Below are positions 57,769-64,000 of a stretch of 64,000 nt of DNA, piece by piece; position 1 is the first letter of the stretch; each line of letters opens with the position of its first letter. The notes under the pieces were generated by a model. It was not told the origin of the DNA, searched no databases, and saw only the letters and a program-made list of their open reading frames with translations. This DNA comes from a virus. Both the position numbers and the translations under genes were made by a program. Where the stretch lies: positions 1-64,000 of the IMG/VR virus record IMGVR_UViG_3300045988_012220, one strand, 5' to 3'.

Positions 57769-58572
57769 ATGGAAAGCGGAGAAAAACTAGAAGAATGGAG
57801 AAAAAGAAAATCCTTATCCGACTTAATAAATAACAACAAATATCTATTTAACTCTTGGAGAGCTTTTAGATATACACAAAAAGGTAAAAGCATAGGTAAT
57901 GATCCTTCGTGGAATTCATTTTAGAATTTTTATAACGATATGCATGATAGTTATAAACCTGGTTTACAATTATCTAGATTAGATAAAACTAAGTGGTTTT
58001 GTAAAGACAATTGCACATGGTTAACTAGCGAAGAGAATAACCTGCTGAAAGGAAATTATATACGCATTAAATATAACGGAAAGTCTTTAACATTTAAAGA
58101 GTGGTCTGCAGAAATAGGTGTTCGCGCCAGTGCTATAAAAAACAGATATTTTAAACACAAAGATTGGTGTGTAAAAGATATTTTGTATGGCAAACGTAGC
58201 AAAAGAGGCGGCAAAAATGTTAAAGATTGGAGGGTGTCGTCTATGACAATTCGACAGAAGGCGTCTAAAATGATTTCTGCGTATAAACACAGAGATATGT
58301 ATAATGGCCTTACAGTGTGTGATATAGATATAGATTGGATGATTGAAAACATTATTAAAAAGCCGTGTGTCTATTGTGGCGACACTCACCGTGTAGGTTG
58401 TGATAGGATTGATAATCATTTTGGGCACACAAAAGATAATGTTGTTCCGTGTTGTTACGAATGCAATTGTGCTAGAAATAATAATTTCACGCATGAAGAA
58501 ATGCTTATTCTTGGTAAAGCTATAAAATAGATTAAAGAGCAACGTGAGCAAAATAACAGGAACATGGCGTGA
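57769..58572 (+). CDS. HNH endonuclease, 267 aa, in-frame TAGs
   Basis: The ATG at 57769 is in frame with track ORF 57940..58530. C-terminal CVYCGDTHRVGCDRIDNHFGHTKDNVVPCCYECNCARN. Confidence 0.75.
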
Positions 58573-58784
58573 GAAAATTTAGTATACAACCGCATGTCTC
58601 GCGTTTTTAAGCGGTTAGGCTCTAACTTGGATATAGTATTTACAATAGGGCGAAATCTCCACAGGAGTACTAGGGTTTGTAGCCCAAACATTAGTTTATT
58701 CTGCTAGTATCTATGGAGTATCTATTTATATACAAGGCAAGTTTGGAGAAATGAGAACATATTTAAAAGAATATTTAACAAACA

Positions 58785-59435
58785 ATGAAGCAGCTAATTC
58801 AAACAATAAAGAAGAACTACAAGCTGCTGCTTAACGCTGTTTTAGGGCTTCTGATGGCCTTTTGTTTAGCGTCTGGTATATTCTACCACAACAAAGCTAA
58901 TAGGCTCTCAGAAGAGCTTAAAATGGCTAATAACAACATCGAAGCCTATTAGGATGCCTTATATGGTGCCTAGTAGGCTTCTGGTGTTTTAAGACTAGAT
59001 GCAAATAAGCTGTCAGAATATAATGATAAGCTTGTATAGTAGATAGACTCTATTAGGAAGATACAGAAAGTCAAAAAGAACGAAATATAGGTAGCAGCAA
59101 CTCAAAAGTAGATATTAAACGTTAATAAAAGTAATGGGGTAGGGGGTGATATTATAACAATTATTAAAGACTCTACTTATAAAGATAGTCTATAGTACAA
59201 CCCTCTAACTAAAGTATACTATACAATCGGTAAAGATAGTGTTAATATTAAGCTTGATGTATAGAATACATAGTACCTCTATATTTATAAGCATAGAGAA
59301 TATAAGAATAAAAAGAACTTCTTTAAGAGACTTATAACATTTGATTGGAAAAAGAAAGATGTATATAAATACAAGATACATAATACAAACGATTTACTTA
59401 AAGAAGATAGTATTAAAATAATAGAAGCGATATGA
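58785..59435 (+). CDS. N-terminally membrane-anchored coiled-coil protein (spanin/lysis-accessory candidate), 216 aa, many TAG
   Basis: Own translation: MKQLIQTIKKNYKLLLNAVLGLLMAFCLASGIFYH.. followed by a coiled coil. TGA at 59433. Confidence 0.55.
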
Positions 59436-60118
59436 ATTACTTTTCACTTAGAACATTAATAGATGATATTCTTCTTATTGTCCGCAATAACAACATAAGT
59501 GAAAGTGAGGATCTTTCAAGGGATTAGATAGCGTCTTGGATAATACAGTATAAGACTTATCTACAAAAGAAGAAAGAGGATCAAGATAAAGAAAACGACG
59601 AAGACGAACCAGATGATTCACTGTAGTCGACTGTTGGTCCTATTGAATTAATTGTAGATAAAACAGAAAAGAATATAGACTGTGAAGATTGTTGCTGTGA
59701 TATAATCAAGCGTACAAAAGATCAAATACATACAGTAAACAAGAGTACTGACGACATAGTTAGTGTATGTGATAAGAATGGTTGTGTTATACAGTATATG
59801 CATAAGCTTAGAAAGCATTATCATAACTTTAGAAGATACACTTATGCAGAACCTGTATGCTGGTTTGATGACGGTTATATTTATGTAGAAGGAGATGTTG
59901 ATTCAATAAACTCTGTATACATTACAGGATATATAGACGAATCTAAAACTGCTAATACAGAAGACGATATAACAATACCAGGTTGGATGATCCCTGACAT
60001 AAAGAAAGCTATACTTACAAATGAGCTTGCGTTTATGATTAAGAGACCTAGTGATGATAGTAATAATTCAACATTAGCTAGTGTAAAACCAAATGGTCCT
60101 CAAGATAAGGAAGAATAA
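59432..60118 (+). CDS. hypothetical structural protein, 228 aa, in-frame TAGs
   Basis: The ATG at 59432 (ATGA overlap) is in frame with track ORF 59798..60118. Confidence 0.65.
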
Positions 60119-60560
60119 AAAGAGTTATACGATCTCAGATATATATAGAGCGTATAATAAAATCAATGAGAACGTGCCATATTTGCGATATAAGCGCATA
60201 TTGGACGAGTTTAATAAAGTTGTAAAGGATGAGATTTTAGAGCGCTCACAGCTGTTTAAAATGCCTTATGGGCTTGGTAGTATATGTATAGTAAAATACA
60301 AGCCAAAGTCATATACACCTAAATCATTATCTGTAGATTACAAAACGTCTAGAGAAGAAGGTAAAAAGATATACCACTTAAACGAGCACTCTAATGGATA
60401 CAAATACAGATTATACTGGACAAAGATACCTAGAACGTTTCCAAAAAGATATATGTATCAGATACAGTTTGTAAGAGATAACAAAAGGCATCTAGCACAA
60501 CTTATATTCAATAAACAAGATTATATAAACATAAATGATATTCAAGTATACAAAATGTGA
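60093..60560 (+). CDS. hypothetical basic protein
   Basis: ORF track, 155 aa, no TAG. Confidence 0.65.
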   Translation: MVLKIRKNKKSYTISDIYRAYNKINENVPYLRYKRILDEFNKVVKDEILERSQLFKMPYGLGSICIVKYKPKSYTPKSLSVDYKTSREEGKKIYHLNEHSNGYKYRLYWTKIPRTFPKRYMYQIQFVRDNKRHLAQLIFNKQDYININDIQVYKM

Positions 60561-60579
60561 ATCTGTTATAGCCAAGATA

Positions 60580-61398
60580 ATGGCTGATGCAGATATGTCG
60601 GAAAAGAATATTCGGGTCACAGATATACGTGAATGGATATTCGAAGCTGTTGAAAAGATAGGTGCACCAGTATAGTATGTATAGAAGGAATCCGGAGATG
60701 ATTGTGTTCCTGTATTTGAGATACATGAAAATCAAATACCTATACCAGATGATCTAGAATCTCTTACATCTGTAGCGTACTCATTAGATGGTACGAATTG
60801 GATGTAGGCAAGAAAGGATGAAAGTTCGTTTAAGCTAAAAGCAAACGCTCATAAGAATCCTAGCTATGATCCACAATAGCCACTTAGATAGCCTTTGATA
60901 ACACATAGATCTTAGTTGCTAGGTATTAATGGTTCAACAGCTGTACTAAACGTATTAAACAACAAAAATATTAATGAGCCAACATATTGGATTAAACCTG
61001 GCTGGATAGTATTTAACAAAGATAAGGGCTTTGTAAAGCTTTCGTATAAAGCAATTGCTACCGACGAAAGAGGTTATCCTCTTATCCCTGATTTAGCCTC
61101 ATATCAAGAAGCAATATACTGGTATGTAATGATGAAGCTTAGTTTTCCTAAGTTCTTAAAAGGATAGCTTGGCGGTAAAGTAAGATTTAGCTAGAATACT
61201 TATTTTTACATACAGCAGCAATGGAACTTCTACAGAAATCAGGCATATGCAGAAGCAATGATGCCTAATGAAAGTGAGATGTCTTCAATAAAGAACGAAT
61301 GGACAAAGCTTATTCCAGATTGGGATTCTGATGACACGCTGTTTAATAACGTTGGAAAGAGATAGTTAAACTTTAATGATTACTGCTATGGCTACTGA
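60580..61398 (+). CDS. hypothetical structural protein, 272 aa, in-frame TAGs
   Basis: The ATG at 60580 is in frame with track ORF 60916..61167. TGA at 61396. Confidence 0.65.
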
Positions 61399-64000
61399 TA
61401 ATAATACATTCGTAAATAGCTTTGTGACAGGAATAGATAGTGATAGCTCTTTAGATAGAGTAAAAAACACTAGTTACCTAGAAGCTAAGAACATTAGAGT
61501 GTTATCCTTTGATTCCGCAAACCAACACGGTTCTATTAAACCTATAAACGGAATAAAGTAGGTTGGATCGATAAAGGATGAAAAGGTAGAGAGAATATTG
61601 GCTACAGGAGCAGTACGAGATAGAGGTGTAATTATATACATATCAGAGAAGAGAGGTAAACCAGAGTTCTGTATATCCTGCTTTGATAATAAAATTGGAC
61701 AAGATAGTGATACAGACAACTCTGTAAATGAGATATAGACTATATCTAACATATTTAGATCAGAGTTGATAGATTGGCCTACAGATAGATCTAAGTGGCC
61801 TAAGAATGTATCTATTACGTTTAAGTATGAAGGTGACGATAATATTAAATTATATGTTGCTACTGGATTTAACCCTATAATGGTGTTTAACATAGCTAAA
61901 TTGTATAGCTACAACAATACATCATTCAATACAGTTTAGTCTTATCCAAAGATTATATTTCAGAAGCCTAAGTTTGTTAAGTATGTAGATGGAACCCTTA
62001 AGACATCTTATGTAAGCTACTCGTACTAGATATACAGTAATCACGGAGTATCTACTGATATTTCCCCAGCTTGTTAGTCTATACCTGTTATTAATGTTCC
62101 TTCAGACAGAACTGATGTGTTAGGAATAAAAACAGATTAGTTTGACAAGAAAACAAACTGCGGTGTTTAGATTCTTATTAAGCCAGAGACTGATTATTCT
62201 TTTCTTAACAGAATAAAGATATATAGAATCTCAGTACAGATTAATGGTTAGTTACCAACTATTGAGGTTATATACGATTCTGCATACGAGCCAAATAGAA
62301 ATGGAGATTTCTTTGTAAACGATACTGGTCAGCAAGCTCTGGATACTATAACAATAGAAGAGTACAACAGTATGTCTGGAGTACATATTATTCCAAAGGT
62401 TATAGAAAGTAAGGATAACATATTGTTCGCTGCAAACATACAAGAAAGATCAACCTTTATAGATACGGAACTTTTTAAGAAGTGGGATGCCAGATCATTT
62501 AGAGCTAATGGACAAGGATAGATAATATTACAAAATACGTCCGGAAATCAAAAGGTAACATACAAATGGTCTGAGCTTAATGAATTATCTATAAGTAATG
62601 GGTACATAGAAAAGGATTCTTATAACCCATACAACGATGTAAACAAACAGTATTATCTTAGTGATTCGTACTGTATATATGACAAAGATAATTTCTACGG
62701 AGGAACAGGAGTAAATGTTTCCTGGAGATTTACGGTTACATATATTCCTATTGATACTTGTAGTACTACTGGATCTAATGAGATTGGAACAATGTGGAAT
62801 GTCCTTAAGGTTAAGAATACGCAGGATAGACCAATTCTTTATTTCATTAACAAGGATGGGCTTTAGAAAGCCGATATCGAGATATCTACAGAAGAGGGTA
62901 GAATTAATAACTCGTGGGTAACAAAGTCCCTTAAACGAAACGAATTGTACAGATATGGTATTATATTGTACGATTCTACTGGAAGTCCTAGTCCTGTTAA
63001 ATGGATAGCAGATATTCGTACACCAAACCTGTATGATAAGTATTTTAATACATTTATATCTCACTACAATAATATGTATGATCTTGCATCTATTCCACTT
63101 GGTATTGCATTCAATGTTAAAAATTTGCCAGAAGGATGTACAGGATATGAGATTGTAAGATGCTAGAGAAGAGAGTAGGATATAGCTTCAATAGCGCAGG
63201 GTGTTATTAGTAAGCCAATAGTTGGATATAGTACACCTGAATGCCATAGGCCAGATAGAACTACATACTTCCCTACAGGATTACTTACAACAGCAATGGT
63301 GGCCCAAGGATCAATATTTAAGTATTTTACAGAGAATTATAATCCTGCTAACGATGGTAAAAAAGTAGATGCGATCCAAGCTGCTGGTAAAGTATGTGCA
63401 TCAAATTTTGGTAATACATAGATATTCTAGTTTGTATCAGCTGAAACAACTTATTAGCCAGAGTCTGTAAAGGTGCTTACAAATAACAAAGATTTCAAGT
63501 TAGAGCCCCTTAGATATATTTTTGGTCAAAGCGGAAAGTTCTAGAAAGAAAAGCATATTGGAAACAAATATTTCATGAGCCCTGGTATTTCAAATACCAA
63601 TATATATACAAAGCCAGATTAGACTAATGATGGTAAATCCTATGAATGGAAATACTATACTAATAAGAGTGGTGGCGGATACACTGATTACCAATACAAG
63701 TCTTCTCCATACATTCTTAAGATGCTTACAGCACATTTGAAAACAATGTACTACAAAGCTGATGTATCAGATAAGATGTGGACATGTTTAAGCCCTGGTA
63801 AGATAGATGAGAATATTAAGTATTCTGGATCTGATATGAACAAAATAGATGATAAGGTTTTTGCTTACATAAAACTGTATGAACAGGGATGTTCGTTAAG
63901 AACAAGGGTATGCGGGACAACTGATCATCTTATTGATTACGGCCCAAGCTCAATGGACGAGCATATTGATAACAATACAAAACTTGCTGATATCGATGAT
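61376..64000 (+). CDS. very large virion/tail protein (partial, runs off the right edge), many in-frame TAG
   Basis: Track ORFs 61376.. and 62945.. share a frame. I read it continuously to position 64000 with only TAG interruptions. Confidence 0.75.

Noticed and set aside
26573-61398. TGA reassignment (TGA=Trp) as an alternative explanation for the fragmented late genes.
   Set aside because: TGA cleanly terminates several reconstructed late genes (26573, 26803, 34262, 42637, 57321, 58570, 59433, 61396), with the next gene starting at or next to it. No fragment pair needs TGA read-through to join.

Overview
The window reads as part of a large crAss-like (Crassvirales-type) Bacteroidota phage genome. 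This is an inference from recognisable TerL, portal and MCP sequences and from the genome architecture; no search was run. Positions 1-25411 form a minus-strand block of replication, regulatory and small genes. It includes a family B DNA polymerase N-terminus, an ECF sigma factor, many small or membrane ORFs, tRNAs and an HNH endonuclease. Positions 25717-64000 form a plus-strand late/structural block: dUTPase, tail fibres, TerL, portal, a glucosaminidase-domain virion protein, scaffold-like protein, major capsid protein, Ig-like proteins and lysis-type genes. The two blocks diverge at an iteron-bearing junction (25411-25717). Four observations stand out. (1) The late block is written with TAG as a sense codon. 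Standard-code ORFs are fragments that fuse into full-length genes ending in TAA or TGA, and two internal protein repeats place TAG exactly where the sister repeat has CAG (Gln). (2) A tRNA with anticodon CUA (27953-28025) sits in a tRNA/HNH cluster. That cluster also holds HNH-disrupted or duplicated tRNA halves and a family of anticodon-less tRNA-like minihelices. (3) The MCP gene is split by an ORF-less group I intron (47865-48135) that carries classic R/S core elements. Similar core signatures occur on the minus strand inside the long ORF-poor regions 5160-7318 and 18440-19460, next to TAG-containing exon-like ORF fragments. (4) Several conserved-loop, variable-stem hairpin families and a repeated promoter-like motif punctuate the minus-strand block. 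All coordinates for recoded genes are my own reconstruction, reading TAG as sense.
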